Source: Candidatus Pacearchaeota archaeon
Lineage (GTDB): Archaea; Nanobdellota; Nanobdellia; Pacearchaeales; GW2011-AR1
Assembly: GCA_964202455.1 (NCBI GenBank)
Contig: CAXNIJ010000005.1
Location: 18,171 to 82,170, forward strand
Reading direction: 5' to 3'
DNA length: 64,000 nt
Made by a program: the position numbers and the translations under genes. The notes under the pieces were generated by a model that was not told the origin of the DNA, searched no databases, and saw only the letters and a list, made by a program, of their open reading frames with translations. Positions 8,280 through 18,217 of the stretch are shown one piece after another. The stretch's first letter is position 1, and each line of letters begins with the position of its first letter.

Positions 8280-9505
8280 GAATAATTTCCTCTCCAGAGT
8301 TTATACAATGCAACTAGTAGTAAGATTGGATAGACTGTGAGGTATACAATATTATAGAATAAGAGGTTAAAAATATTGTGTTTTTGAAGTTTTTGTTCAG
8401 AGAGAGAATTAAGGCAGAATATAGTGAACCAAATACCTAAGAAGAAGAGGGCAATTCCAAAGAAGTTTAAGATTGAAGGTGAGAAACTCAGTTCATCAAA
8501 ACGAATAATTGCAGTTTGAGCAGCAAGAGAATATTTTGTTGAAAGATAAGAAATAAAAATTCCCCTTAATGAAAGATAAGTAAATAGAGTCAATCCTATT
8601 ACTCCTAAGAGAAGTGAAAGACTAAAAAATGGTACGACAAATGCTCCAAGCATACCTTTCTTGAAGAAAAGATGTTTATATTTGAATAATGTTTGTGTTC
8701 CTCCAATGTTCCATCTGATTCTTTGTTTCCACCAAGATTTAATTTTATCAGGAGTTCCAGAACGAACGTATGTTGCCAGACACATACGAGCAGTGTAGCC
8801 ATGTGAAAGAAGTCTCCAGACAATTTCAATATCTTGAGTCATGTTTTTTGTGTCAAATAGACCCACTTTTAAGAGTGCTTCTTTACGATAGAGCGCAAAT
8901 GGACCTGGAGTTACATATACTGCATCTACAAGGTCAAGTAATTTACGTGTGAAACTTACTACCATGTATTCTATGTCTTGCATTTTTTGAATAAATGTCT
9001 TTGTTGATTTAGGTAATATCGAACAAGTCACTGCTCCAACCTTTAAATCTTGTTGTAAGAACCCAATCATTTTTAGTAAGCCATCTGGATGAGGAGTCGA
9101 ATCGCTATCTACTAGAGCAATATATTTACTTTTTGCAGATTTAATTCCTAAATTTGTTGGTTCTGCAGCGCCCCCAGAATTTCTATTGTTTATTATTAAT
9201 TTTATTCTAGGATCTTTTTTCATGTAATTTCTTATTACTTCAATAGAATTATCTGTTGATCTATCGTCGACTACAATAATTTCTATCATTTCCTTAGGAT
9301 AATTAAAATTTAAAACAGAATCTAATGTTGCACCTATACTATCTGATTCGTTGTAGCAAGGAATAATTATACTTACTGGCTCAGGCTTACCTTGAGGATA
9401 ATTAAACAACTCTTTTTTATTATATAAATATAATAGAATAAAAAGACTCATCATGTATAATCCTAAGAAAGTGTAAAAGAAAAAAATGATATCTATCCAA
9501 TTCAT
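8273..9505 (-). CDS. Family-2 glycosyltransferase, processive type (chitin/cellulose/hyaluronan-synthase-like), integral membrane
   Basis: IIIPCYNES, VDDRSTDNS, VDSDS, QRIRWNIGG (QxxRW), flanked by TM helices. Confidence 0.85.
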   Translation of the reverse strand: MNWIDIIFFFYTFLGLYMMSLFILLYLYNKKELFNYPQGKPEPVSIIIPCYNESDSIGATLDSVLNFNYPKEMIEIIVVDDRSTDNSIEVIRNYMKKDPRIKLIINNRNSGGAAEPTNLGIKSAKSKYIALVDSDSTPHPDGLLKMIGFLQQDLKVGAVTCSILPKSTKTFIQKMQDIEYMVVSFTRKLLDLVDAVYVTPGPFALYRKEALLKVGLFDTKNMTQDIEIVWRLLSHGYTARMCLATYVRSGTPDKIKSWWKQRIRWNIGGTQTLFKYKHLFFKKGMLGAFVVPFFSLSLLLGVIGLTLFTYLSLRGIFISYLSTKYSLAAQTAIIRFDELSFSPSILNFFGIALFFLGIWFTIFCLNSLSEQKLQKHNIFNLLFYNIVYLTVYPILLLVALYKLWRGNYSW

Positions 9506-10110
9506 TAAGCACCAATTTCTTTCGATTTATCTTGACTGGGCATGTCTTCCCCTTGAGGAAGATGGAAATATTCGTAGAAATTTCCGCTAAGTGTGAGTTC
9601 TGCAGTATGACCTTGCTTCTTTTTGATTATTAAGCCTATTTCAACGAACTTTTTTATATGGTCGTATGATTTATTTCCACGAATTTTTACTAGAACTGAT
9701 TGCTTCATTGGTTGTTTGTATGCAATGATTGCTAGTGTTTCTTGCTCTGCTTTAGTGAATTCTGAACTACCCGTGGCTAGTTTATTTACCATCCAAGTGT
9801 ATTCTTCTGAGACATCCATTTTCCAGAGATTTTCTTGCTTTATTACTGAAATACCTGAAGTTTTGTATTTATCAAGTAGATCTTCCAGAATTTTTTTTAA
9901 TATTAATGGATTTACTTCCGTAAGAGCTACAAGTTCTTGCAAAGAAAGAAATCTGCCCGAAATAAATAGTGCAGCCTCTACTTTTTTTGTGTTTTCATTA
10001 TCACGTTCTGCATCAATTTCGTCAAGGACTTTTGAAGAAGATTCTTGATGACTTCTGAGATTTTTAGCGGGAATTTTCTCATCTTGCAGACTTTCGTTAT
10101 TTAACTGCAT
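9505..10110 (-). CDS. scpB: Segregation and condensation protein B
   Basis: EAALFISGRFLSLQELV... and a second winged-helix segment (ETLAIIAYKQPMKQSVLVKIRG). The stop abuts the GT2 start. Confidence 0.8.
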   Translation of the reverse strand: MQLNNESLQDEKIPAKNLRSHQESSSKVLDEIDAERDNENTKKVEAALFISGRFLSLQELVALTEVNPLILKKILEDLLDKYKTSGISVIKQENLWKMDVSEEYTWMVNKLATGSSEFTKAEQETLAIIAYKQPMKQSVLVKIRGNKSYDHIKKFVEIGLIIKKKQGHTAELTLSGNFYEYFHLPQGEDMPSQDKSKEIGA

Positions 10111-10159
10111 AGTTCTTGGAGAATCTTTGGGATTTTAAAGGTTGTGAACGCCTCAAAAA

Positions 10160-10762
10160 CTACTTAAGAAAAGTTATGAGTGTGCCTTCTATAAATCCGG
10201 CTATAAGAAGAAGTGGAATTATTATGAACAGAAATGCCTTGAGGGAGCCAATAAGACGACGCTTTAGTTCTTTGCCTTCTTCACTTGTGAAGATGAACAT
10301 TCCCAGTTTTATTCCTAAACCCCAGGAAATAAATAGGGCTGGAAGTTCGAATATTCCGTGGGGAAGTAATCTCCAGAAATGAGTGACTCCACTATCTATC
10401 CAGAGGGCGTGCATTACATATCCAACTAGAGTGCCGTTTAGAATGAGAGTTATTATACTTAATAAACCTAGAAGGATTCCTAAAAAAAGTGAGAAGAATG
10501 CACTTTTTGTGTTGGAAAGAAAAATAGCCATCGAAAGATCATTTCCAGAATATTCAGCCATAGAACTTTTCATTCCAGAAATTATTTCATTAAGAAAAGT
10601 AAGTTGATCTGCAAATACAAATCCTACCCAAATAAAAAAAAAGAATGCGATTGTCGAGGAGAAGATATAATTTTTACTTTCTAAAGTGTATTCCCAACCT
10701 TCACTAGCGAATCTTTTGAGAGTAGAGAAGATATTTTTTGATTTTATTATTTCTTTTTTCAT
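10160..10762 (-). CDS. SpoIIM-like (DUF95) integral membrane protein
   Basis: Multi-TM with the LPHGIFELPA motif typical of that family. Confidence 0.6.
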   Translation of the reverse strand: MKKEIIKSKNIFSTLKRFASEGWEYTLESKNYIFSSTIAFFFFIWVGFVFADQLTFLNEIISGMKSSMAEYSGNDLSMAIFLSNTKSAFFSLFLGILLGLLSIITLILNGTLVGYVMHALWIDSGVTHFWRLLPHGIFELPALFISWGLGIKLGMFIFTSEEGKELKRRLIGSLKAFLFIIIPLLLIAGFIEGTLITFLK

Positions 10763-11601
10763 TTGAAAAATCTCTTGAGTAGTAGCATTTTTTGTGGATA
10801 TTTTAATCTAAGATATAATCCATATATTAAACCTACTATGAGTCCTCCAAGATGTGCGCTGTTTCCTATGGGTAACTCCACTACTAAACTTAGCAAGACT
10901 AGAGGTACAATTGCTACAACTGGAGCAAGCCACATTGGAAGTGCAACAGGTAAAGAAAGTCTGCGCAATTTTTGAGAAGGCAAGAATAATGAAAAGACCA
11001 TAAGAAAAAGAGAGATATTTAAGAGAAGACTTAGAATAAAAATTAAGGGAGATGAAGAGAAAGATTCTAGGAGGGCTATTAAAATAAATACGATTATTGG
11101 TCCGACTATTAGATAGACTCTATAACGTGGAATAAGGAGTGCGAGTATTCCCAGTAATCCAAAAAGTGCTCCGCTAGCTCCGGCAGCTAATGCATCAATA
11201 CTTCCGAAAATTCTAGGGCCTAAAGTAAATTGACTTCCTAATGCTGCACCAACTACGAAGAATATTGCAGCAAAAATTCCTGAAAGAAAATATATCCAGA
11301 GAAATCTTTTTCTTCCTATAAGTTGTTCGCAGAAACTGCCTAGAAAGAAGAGAGAGAACATATTTACGAAAAGATGAAATATTCCTTGATGCATGAACAT
11401 GCTAGTAATTAATGTCCACCAAGCTTGTCCTTGTATTATTTGACTAGACTGTAAAAGAATCGATGTTTGAGAATTTGGGACAATTGCGAATAGAATTGAA
11501 AAAACTATAAAGAAAAAGACATTTAGAATAATTAACCAGATAGTTACCTTTAATTGTGGAAACTTATTCCTTAAACTATTTTTTTGTCTTAACTTGGACA
11601 T
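10759..11601 (-). CDS. Rhomboid-family intramembrane serine protease
   Basis: MHQGIFHLFVNM, catalytic GASGALFGLLG, and the downstream His in AHLGGLIVG. Confidence 0.85.
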   Translation of the reverse strand: MSKLRQKNSLRNKFPQLKVTIWLIILNVFFFIVFSILFAIVPNSQTSILLQSSQIIQGQAWWTLITSMFMHQGIFHLFVNMFSLFFLGSFCEQLIGRKRFLWIYFLSGIFAAIFFVVGAALGSQFTLGPRIFGSIDALAAGASGALFGLLGILALLIPRYRVYLIVGPIIVFILIALLESFSSSPLIFILSLLLNISLFLMVFSLFLPSQKLRRLSLPVALPMWLAPVVAIVPLVLLSLVVELPIGNSAHLGGLIVGLIYGLYLRLKYPQKMLLLKRFFK

Positions 11602-11604
11602 GGA

Positions 11605-12288
11605 TCAACTTGATCTCCGCTTAGCTTTTGGAGATTTTTCTTTTTCCTTTTTAAGTGTTTTCTTTTTCAAAGCATCTCTTTGTTTTTTCTTTATTGCTCT
11701 ATCTGTTTTCTTTTTTAATTCTTCAGCTTTTATTCTTCTAGCTTTAGACTTATTGTCTTGTAGAGTTATAATACTTAATTCTGACTCAATTTCTACTAGT
11801 ATTTTTTCTTGTTTTAAAGATTCTTTTTCTAGAGCGATAATTTCTTTAGAATTATCTTTTAACTCAAAAGTTTGACCACATTCTTGACAAGTATATTGCA
11901 ACGATAATGCTTGTTCTTCTCCAATTTCTATCTGACAATTTTGACAGAAGAAGAAACGAGCTGTTTTCTTTATTTGTACTTGTTGTTTTTCTAATTCAAC
12001 GAGTTTTTTAAGGCGCTCTTTAAATTTGATTAATCCTCTTTCAATGTTTAAAGTCCAAAAATAAGTGTACCATCCACCTTTTTTAGTATCTTTCTTTCTT
12101 ATGAAACTTACAAGACCTTCATCTGCTAATTTATAGAGAATATTTCTAGTTTGATTAATAGTAAGTTTTAATTTTTTTGCTATTAGAAATTCGTTTACAT
12201 TTTTTCTCTCGTGAAGTAAATCTACAATAGCTTTAGATTTTTCACCCGCGACGGATCCAACAATTTCTTTAAGAAGATCAATTTGCAT
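11605..12288 (-). CDS. tfe: Transcription factor E (TFE alpha) with a long Lys-rich C-terminal tail
   Basis: TFIIE-alpha-like winged helix (EFLIAKKLKLTINQTRNILYKLADEGLV..WYTYFW), zinc ribbon CQNC...CQEC, then a K/R-rich tail of about 50 aa. Confidence 0.8.
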   Translation of the reverse strand: MQIDLLKEIVGSVAGEKSKAIVDLLHERKNVNEFLIAKKLKLTINQTRNILYKLADEGLVSFIRKKDTKKGGWYTYFWTLNIERGLIKFKERLKKLVELEKQQVQIKKTARFFFCQNCQIEIGEEQALSLQYTCQECGQTFELKDNSKEIIALEKESLKQEKILVEIESELSIITLQDNKSKARRIKAEELKKKTDRAIKKKQRDALKKKTLKKEKEKSPKAKRRSS

Positions 12289-12359
12289 ATCTCTTGCTGT
12301 AAACTGCTCGTTAAAAATCTTTCTAAAACTCTGTTACTATTTAATAGTTAATCTAAAGC

Positions 12360-12371
12360 TATATAAATAAA
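12360..12371 (+). promoter_or_regulatory. TATA-box-like tatataaataaa, about 24 nt upstream of the ATG at 12389 (probably a leaderless mRNA)
   Basis: Read directly. Similar boxes lie 25-30 nt upstream of the ATGs at 13547, 33590 and 47260. Confidence 0.45.
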
Positions 12372-12388
12372 TTTCAAAGTATATCATT

Positions 12389-13090
12389 ATGTTTTGGGGT
12401 AAAAAAGAGTCATCGCAGTTGCCAGATCTTCCTCCTATGAAATCAGGTTTACAAGGGAGGACTACCATTTCTCCTCCAAGAGTTGGAATAGAACAGGAGC
12501 ATGAAGATGATAGTGAAGACTTTTCTCCTGTAGAAAGACACGGTTTGCCATCTTTTCCTGACTCTCCATTGTCGAAGGGATTTTCACAATCAGCGATTAA
12601 GGACGCAGTGATTAATGATTCGGTTAAAGATGGAGAATTAGTAGGATTTTCTCAAGAACCAAAATCATTTAAAGTTGTAGAAGTTGATGATGAGACTTTA
12701 TCAACTTCTTCCATGTCTGTTTCTTCTCCTTTAAGATCTGTTCTTTCTAGACCTGAGCCTTTAGCTTTACCTGTCGCGACAGTCTCGGCTATGACCTCTC
12801 CAGTGGCTTCTTCAGTACCGGTTGTGCCTTATTCAGTACCGGTTGTGCCTTATTCTCCCATGCCTTCAAGAGGAGGAGATGTTTTCGTTAAAATTGATCG
12901 TTTCAATTCTGCTAGGAAAGCTCTTAATACTGTTTCTACTCAGTTAGAGGGAGTTGATTCACTCTTGAAGAAAATTAGAGAAACTAAGATGCGCGAAGAG
13001 CAAGAGTTTTCTGCCTGGGAAAAAGATATGGCTCTGGCTAAATCTAAAATTGAAGAAATTACTAAAGCAATTTTTGAGAAGACCGATTAA
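12389..13090 (+). CDS. Hypothetical protein: disordered Ser/Pro-rich N-terminal half, coiled-coil C-terminus
   Basis: ORF. Internal SVPVVPY x2 repeat. The C-terminal heptad-like segment starts at GDVFVKIDRFNSARKAL. Confidence 0.5.
   Translation: MFWGKKESSQLPDLPPMKSGLQGRTTISPPRVGIEQEHEDDSEDFSPVERHGLPSFPDSPLSKGFSQSAIKDAVINDSVKDGELVGFSQEPKSFKVVEVDDETLSTSSMSVSSPLRSVLSRPEPLALPVATVSAMTSPVASSVPVVPYSVPVVPYSPMPSRGGDVFVKIDRFNSARKALNTVSTQLEGVDSLLKKIRETKMREEQEFSAWEKDMALAKSKIEEITKAIFEKTD
12811..12852 (+). repeat. Perfect 21-bp tandem duplication (ttcagtaccggttgtgcctta x2), in frame
   Basis: Read directly; encodes SVPVVPY twice. Confidence 0.9.
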
Positions 13091-13091
13091 T

Positions 13092-13433
13092 ATGGCTCTA
13101 GAGTATGTTAGGTTAAATTCGCAAGAACTTTTGTATGGGAAAAAGTCTTTTTTGGAAGCGCAGCTTTCTTTACTAAATTCTACAAAACATCTTAATGAAT
13201 ATAAAAAACTTCGAAAGGAAGAATTTATGTTAAAGATAGAATTAAAGAAAAGTGCAGATGAAGCACTTGTATCTGTAAATTTACTACAATCACTTCTTCC
13301 TAAAACAGTTATTAAAGAAGAAAAACATCATAAAACAGTTGTTCACCATTTTTCTACAGTAATTGATGACAAGAATGCTTCTTTAGAACAAGAAATTGAT
13401 AAAATTAAGCAGAAATTGGCCGCTTTACGATAA
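13092..13433 (+). CDS. Hypothetical coiled-coil protein
   Basis: ATG at 13092, immediately after the upstream stop, is preferred over the track start at 13050. Heptad-rich sequence. Confidence 0.45.
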   Translation: MALEYVRLNSQELLYGKKSFLEAQLSLLNSTKHLNEYKKLRKEEFMLKIELKKSADEALVSVNLLQSLLPKTVIKEEKHHKTVVHHFSTVIDDKNASLEQEIDKIKQKLAALR

Positions 13434-13546
13434 ATTTCAAATTATTTTTAAGTATTATAAGAAATCAACCTGAAAAATAAGATTAGTTCTTTGACTCGTC
13501 AAGTGGCGAAGTCAGGGTATAAATACTTCATTACCTATGTAAAAAC

Positions 13547-15940
13547 ATGGCAGTTGAAGCGTTTTTAAAACCCAGTGATTCGAAAATGACCGTTGAAAAG
13601 GCAGTTAGACAGAGGCCCAGCATAGCAGAGCTTACGACTATCGAGTCCCCTGGAAGACCAACACCTGCTTCAATGCTTGAAGAAGAGCCTCCTAAAAAGA
13701 AAGCGACTAGGAAAAAAAGGACAGAAAGGGTTGAGCCTAGCGAAGTGAGAGCTGTGAAAAGAGATTCTTTATTAATTATTACTGAAAAACCTCAGGCTGC
13801 TGCGAAGATTGCTCAAGCAATAGGTTCTCCAAGGAAGTTAACTGAGCAGGGAGTGTCTTATTATGAACTTGAAGTTGGAGGGAAGAAAGTTATTGTGGCT
13901 TCTGCAGTAGGACATTTGTTTAATTTAACTTATGTTGCGGGGCAGAAAGGATGGCCCATTTTTAATCTAGAATGGCAGCCTTCTTATTTATCTAAATCTG
14001 CTGCTTTTACTAAAAGGTATTTTGATGTTTTAAAGAAATTATCCAGAAGTGCCTCTGAGTTAATGGTTGCAACAGACTTTGATGTAGAAGGAGAAGTTAT
14101 TGGATGGAATGTTTTAAGATTTATATGTAAGCAGAAGACCGCTAAGAGAATGAAGTATTCTACTTTGACTGCTGATGAATTAAAAAGCTCATTTGAGAAT
14201 CCTCTCCCAGAGCCTAATTGGGGAAATGCATATGCTGGAGAGACAAGACATATTCTTGATTGGCTTTATGGAATAAATTTATCTCGTGCTTTGATGTCTG
14301 CAATAAAAACTACAGGTTCTTTTAAGATTCTTTCAATTGGAAGAGTGCAGGGTCCGGCGCTAAAGATGATTGTAGATAGGGAAAAAGAAATTGCTAAATT
14401 TAAATCAGTTCCATATTGGCAGGCTTTTGCTAAGACAAATGGAATCGAATTGAAACATCCAGCAGATATATTTGATAAGAATATTCTAGATAAATTTAAG
14501 GATATTAAAGATGGAATTGCAGAAACAAAAAAGAGTCAGGAGAAAACTCCTCCACCAGTTCCTTTTGATTTAACTACGTTACAAAGAGAGGCGTATAGAT
14601 TGTTTAAGATTTCTCCTTCAGGAACTTTACAGATTGCTCAGAGATTGTATCTTGATGGATTGATTTCTTATCCTAGAACTTCTAGTCAGAAAATTCCAAA
14701 AGAGATTCAACCTAAAAAGATTTTGAAGGAACTTGAGAAGCATTATCCAGAAGCGAAAAATGCAATACGGGCTTTTCCTATGGAAGGTAAAAAGTCTGAC
14801 CCTGCGCATCCGTCAATTTATCCAACTGGAGAACGTGCAGCTCTCAAGGAAGGAGATGAGAAGTTATATGATCTCATTGTTAAAAGATTTATTGCGGCAT
14901 TTTCTGCAGATGTTGTGACTGCGAATACCCGAATATCTGTTGTAGGTGTTGATAAGAAAAGCACTCCACTGACTTATGTTCCTGCGCCGATGCCTGTGAG
15001 TTCTAGTTTAGCCGATGAAGATGAAGATGAAGAGGAGAAGAGTAAAGAGGAAGAGATTAAAGAGCAGAAAAAAGTAATCAATTTTACTGCCTCTGGATTC
15101 ACGCTCATTGAGAAGGGATGGAGTCTTGTTTATCCTATTGCTTTTGAAGAAAATTCTCTTCCAGAATTAAAAGGAAAAGTTTCAATTGATTCTATTAGAA
15201 CTATTGAAAAAGAGACTCAACCGCCTAATAGATATAGCCCAACATCTCTTGTTTCACTTTTGGAAAAGAAAAATCTTGGGACTAAAGCTACTCGTTCTAT
15301 GATTGTAGATACTCTTTTTGATAGAGGATATCTTGATGGAAGAAGCATTACTGCTACTAGATTAGGAATGCAACTTATTGAGGCACTTGAAAAATATTCT
15401 CCAATCATTATTGATGAAAATTTAACTCGTCAGCTTGAAGATGAACTTGGAAAAATTCAGGAAAGCAAAAGTAATTTTGAATTTATGGAGAAAGAAGTTT
15501 TGGATAAAGCTAAGAGACTAATTACAGATATTTCAAAAGAATTCAAAGTGAAAGAGAAAGAGATTGGAAAAGAATTATTGAAAGGGATAGTAGAGATGAG
15601 AGCAGATCAGCAAGTTGCAAATACAATTATGCCTTGCCCCCAATGTAAAGTGGGCGAATTAAGGATAATGTATTCTAAGAAAACAAGAAGATACTTTATT
15701 GGGTGTTCTAAATATCCAGATTGCAAACAGACTTTTTCATTACCTCCTAATGCACTGATTAAAAGAGCTGAGACGCAATGTTCTGCAGATCAATATCCAA
15801 AATTACTCGCTATTCGAAAGGCTAAAAGGCCCTGGGAATTTTGTTTTAATCCTAATTGTCCAATTGAAACTGCTAAAAGACAAGAAAGAGATAATAAGTA
15901 TGCGAAGAAGAATAATGAAACTGAAGATAGTGCTACTTAA
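13547..15940 (+). CDS. topA: DNA topoisomerase, type IA (TopA/Topo III-like) with C-terminal zinc ribbons
   Basis: Toprim (LLIITEKPQAA, ATDFDVEGE), the YPRTSSQ active-site Tyr region, and C-terminal CPQC..C..C zinc ribbons. It also has an acidic insert DEDEDEEE and a basic N-terminal extension. Confidence 0.9.
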   Translation: MAVEAFLKPSDSKMTVEKAVRQRPSIAELTTIESPGRPTPASMLEEEPPKKKATRKKRTERVEPSEVRAVKRDSLLIITEKPQAAAKIAQAIGSPRKLTEQGVSYYELEVGGKKVIVASAVGHLFNLTYVAGQKGWPIFNLEWQPSYLSKSAAFTKRYFDVLKKLSRSASELMVATDFDVEGEVIGWNVLRFICKQKTAKRMKYSTLTADELKSSFENPLPEPNWGNAYAGETRHILDWLYGINLSRALMSAIKTTGSFKILSIGRVQGPALKMIVDREKEIAKFKSVPYWQAFAKTNGIELKHPADIFDKNILDKFKDIKDGIAETKKSQEKTPPPVPFDLTTLQREAYRLFKISPSGTLQIAQRLYLDGLISYPRTSSQKIPKEIQPKKILKELEKHYPEAKNAIRAFPMEGKKSDPAHPSIYPTGERAALKEGDEKLYDLIVKRFIAAFSADVVTANTRISVVGVDKKSTPLTYVPAPMPVSSSLADEDEDEEEKSKEEEIKEQKKVINFTASGFTLIEKGWSLVYPIAFEENSLPELKGKVSIDSIRTIEKETQPPNRYSPTSLVSLLEKKNLGTKATRSMIVDTLFDRGYLDGRSITATRLGMQLIEALEKYSPIIIDENLTRQLEDELGKIQESKSNFEFMEKEVLDKAKRLITDISKEFKVKEKEIGKELLKGIVEMRADQQVANTIMPCPQCKVGELRIMYSKKTRRYFIGCSKYPDCKQTFSLPPNALIKRAETQCSADQYPKLLAIRKAKRPWEFCFNPNCPIETAKRQERDNKYAKKNNETEDSAT

Positions 15941-16092
15941 TCATCAGGCAGGTCTTCGAATTTGATTTTCCATTGATCATCCCACATTTTCTTTCTTTTA
16001 GTACCACATTTTAAACAATATTTTCTTACATAACGAGCATTGAGATTGACTTCAAAATCTTCTTTACAATCAAAACATTTCTTCTTCTTCAT
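15937..16092 (-). CDS. Small zinc-ribbon protein (51 aa), not in the ORF track
   Basis: Hand translation: MKKKKCFDCKEDFEVNLNARYVRKYCLKCGTKRKKMWDDQWKIKFEDLPDD. Two CxxC pairs. It fills the topA-nadK gap. Confidence 0.45.
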   Translation of the reverse strand: MKKKKCFDCKEDFEVNLNARYVRKYCLKCGTKRKKMWDDQWKIKFEDLPDD

Positions 16093-16114
16093 GTAGAAAT
16101 TAGAGAAAGTGGGC

Positions 16115-16891
16115 TTAAAAAGCTACCTGAATTACGTTTAGAGGTTTATCTGATAATTCTATTTCTACTAGATCTCCATCGTTAAAATCGTATGTTGAAT
16201 CATTAATTGTAATAATTCCTCCAGAATGGCGTTTTGATTCGATTATTAGTTTTTCTCCATTGTGAATATTTCCCTTTATGATGGTTGGTTTGAACACGCG
16301 CTTTCCGAAATAAGGTTCTCTAATAATAAAAGAAAGTTTTTCTTCTTCGTGACTAAATATTTCCCCTCCTGCAGAATAAAACCAAGCAGCCGAGCCCGTA
16401 CCTGTTGAAATTATAACTCCAGAACTGCGTTGTTCTTCAGTTTTATTGTTAAATGAAATTATATATCTAGAACTATGAAATTGAGAATGTGCCCCTACAT
16501 AAACTTCATTAATTGCATGCTCTTCTAAAATTTTGCTATTAAGAATAACTTTTGCTCTATGGCGTAAAATTATTTTATATTTTCCTAGAAAGATGTTTTC
16601 TAATTTATGGATTTCTCGAACAGTGATGCTTGTTAACGCGCCTTCACTGGTTTTGGGTTCTGCATTTATGCCTAAAATTGGAATATTTTCTATGAGATTT
16701 GCTGCTTTTACAAATGTTCCATCTCCTCCAAAAGTAATAATTAAGTCTTTTTTTTCAAAGTCTTTTTTTTGAAGAGTTTCGAAAGGCAGATTTTGTATTT
16801 CTGTTTTGTTTGTGAGAGATTTTATTTTTTCTATAATTTCTGAGTCAAGATGTAATCCTCGCTTTATCACAATTCCGATATTTTTGAACAT
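16115..16891 (-). CDS. nadK: NAD kinase
   Basis: ITFGGDGTF, NEVYV, ISTGTGSAAW motifs. Confidence 0.85.
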   Translation of the reverse strand: MFKNIGIVIKRGLHLDSEIIEKIKSLTNKTEIQNLPFETLQKKDFEKKDLIITFGGDGTFVKAANLIENIPILGINAEPKTSEGALTSITVREIHKLENIFLGKYKIILRHRAKVILNSKILEEHAINEVYVGAHSQFHSSRYIISFNNKTEEQRSSGVIISTGTGSAAWFYSAGGEIFSHEEEKLSFIIREPYFGKRVFKPTIIKGNIHNGEKLIIESKRHSGGIITINDSTYDFNDGDLVEIELSDKPLNVIQVAF

Positions 16892-16969
16892 GGTATTTTA
16901 AGTATTAATATATGATATATAGTGCAATGGGCGAAGTGAATTAACTTGTTTAGATTAGAGCGTTTAAAG

Positions 16970-17542
16970 TTATTTACCGCTTCTTCCCCAAGCACGTTGA
17001 CTTGGTCTTACTTTCATATTTCTACTCTTTGTTCTTAGACCTCTGGATTTTTTGGCCGCACTTGTCAAACCACGCTCTGCACGTCTACGATTCTTTGAGC
17101 TACAAATCCAATTAATTACTGGATCGTTTTTGATTTCCGGTTTAGAAGGATCTACTAAAATAACTTCATAGAAATATGATTTTCCGTCTTTTCCTAGAGG
17201 ATAGGAGTTTAAGACTTCTAAAGTTGTATATTTACGTGCCGCTCGCATTTCTGCAACCCAACGATAGTTCATCTTTAGAATCTTTCTTACGTGCTGTTTA
17301 CGGCTCTTTCTTCCGTGTTTATGTCTAGATCTTTGACGGCCTCCACGCTTTACCCTTACTCTAAGGACAATAAATCCTACTTTTGCTTTGTACCCCAATG
17401 CTCGAGCACGATCTAGTCTTTGAGGTTTATCAACAACAACGGCAGCTTCTCCAGCTCTCCATTGAATCATCCTAGTATGAATCATCTCTCTAGAAGGTTT
17501 TTTCCACGCTTCTCTAATGTGATGATATAATCCTTTCGCCAT
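16970..17542 (-). CDS. rpl15e: Ribosomal protein L15e
   Basis: MAKGLYHHIREAWKKP... with a highly basic L15e-type sequence throughout. Confidence 0.95.
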   Translation of the reverse strand: MAKGLYHHIREAWKKPSREMIHTRMIQWRAGEAAVVVDKPQRLDRARALGYKAKVGFIVLRVRVKRGGRQRSRHKHGRKSRKQHVRKILKMNYRWVAEMRAARKYTTLEVLNSYPLGKDGKSYFYEVILVDPSKPEIKNDPVINWICSSKNRRRAERGLTSAAKKSRGLRTKSRNMKVRPSQRAWGRSGK

Positions 17543-17638
17543 GCTTTCTGGAGCGAAAAGTGGTTTTTAAATGTGTCGAAAACCGTAGGTTTTAGAATAT
17601 CTTTAGATAATAGATTAGATAATAGGGAATCGCGATCT

Positions 17639-18157
17639 TTAAGATATATTTGGAGGAAATGAATATGGATCTGGAACTCTTCCATTGTCTAGAAATTTTT
17701 CATGGCAATATAAAAGTAAATGTCTTTCAAAATCACGCGGCTTTGAAATAAGACTATCAACATTATATGTAACAAATACTCTTTTGACAAAATCGTTATC
17801 TGCAGCGTTTAATAGTTCAATTCTTCTTAAATCAGTCCTTTGATCGATTGTTTTTCTTTTCTTGTTATACTTGATATCAATTCTACTAAATGTAGTCAGT
17901 ACTAGTCCATTAGGATAAGCAAGATGATTATTTATACGAACAAATGGAAACCTCTGTATACTACCACTATGTTCCCAAAATTTTATCTTGCCCAATACAA
18001 AATCATTTTTTAATTTTGAAAATATGCCGTCTTCTTTAACAGATCCAGTAAATATGGGCAAATCTAAATCAAATTGACCGTAATATTCTAAATTAGGATC
18101 AGCAAGTTGCGAGAATTTTTCTATATCTTTTCCAGATAACCACACTCGAATGGACAT
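17639..18157 (-). CDS. Hypothetical protein, downstream of the sigma-70 homologue
   Basis: ORF only. Co-directional, 60 nt after the sigma stop. Confidence 0.45.
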   Translation of the reverse strand: MSIRVWLSGKDIEKFSQLADPNLEYYGQFDLDLPIFTGSVKEDGIFSKLKNDFVLGKIKFWEHSGSIQRFPFVRINNHLAYPNGLVLTTFSRIDIKYNKKRKTIDQRTDLRRIELLNAADNDFVKRVFVTYNVDSLISKPRDFERHLLLYCHEKFLDNGRVPDPYSFPPNIS

Positions 18158-18217
18158 AAAAATTCATATTTTTAGCGTTTTTAAGGATTTAGGTTACTTG
18201 AAGAGTAATCCAAATAT

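Noticed and set aside
11594-11875. 93-aa ORF antisense to the Lys-rich tail of TFE
   Set aside because: The AAG/AAA-rich coding strand gives an open Phe/Leu/Ser-rich antisense frame. It is an artefact.
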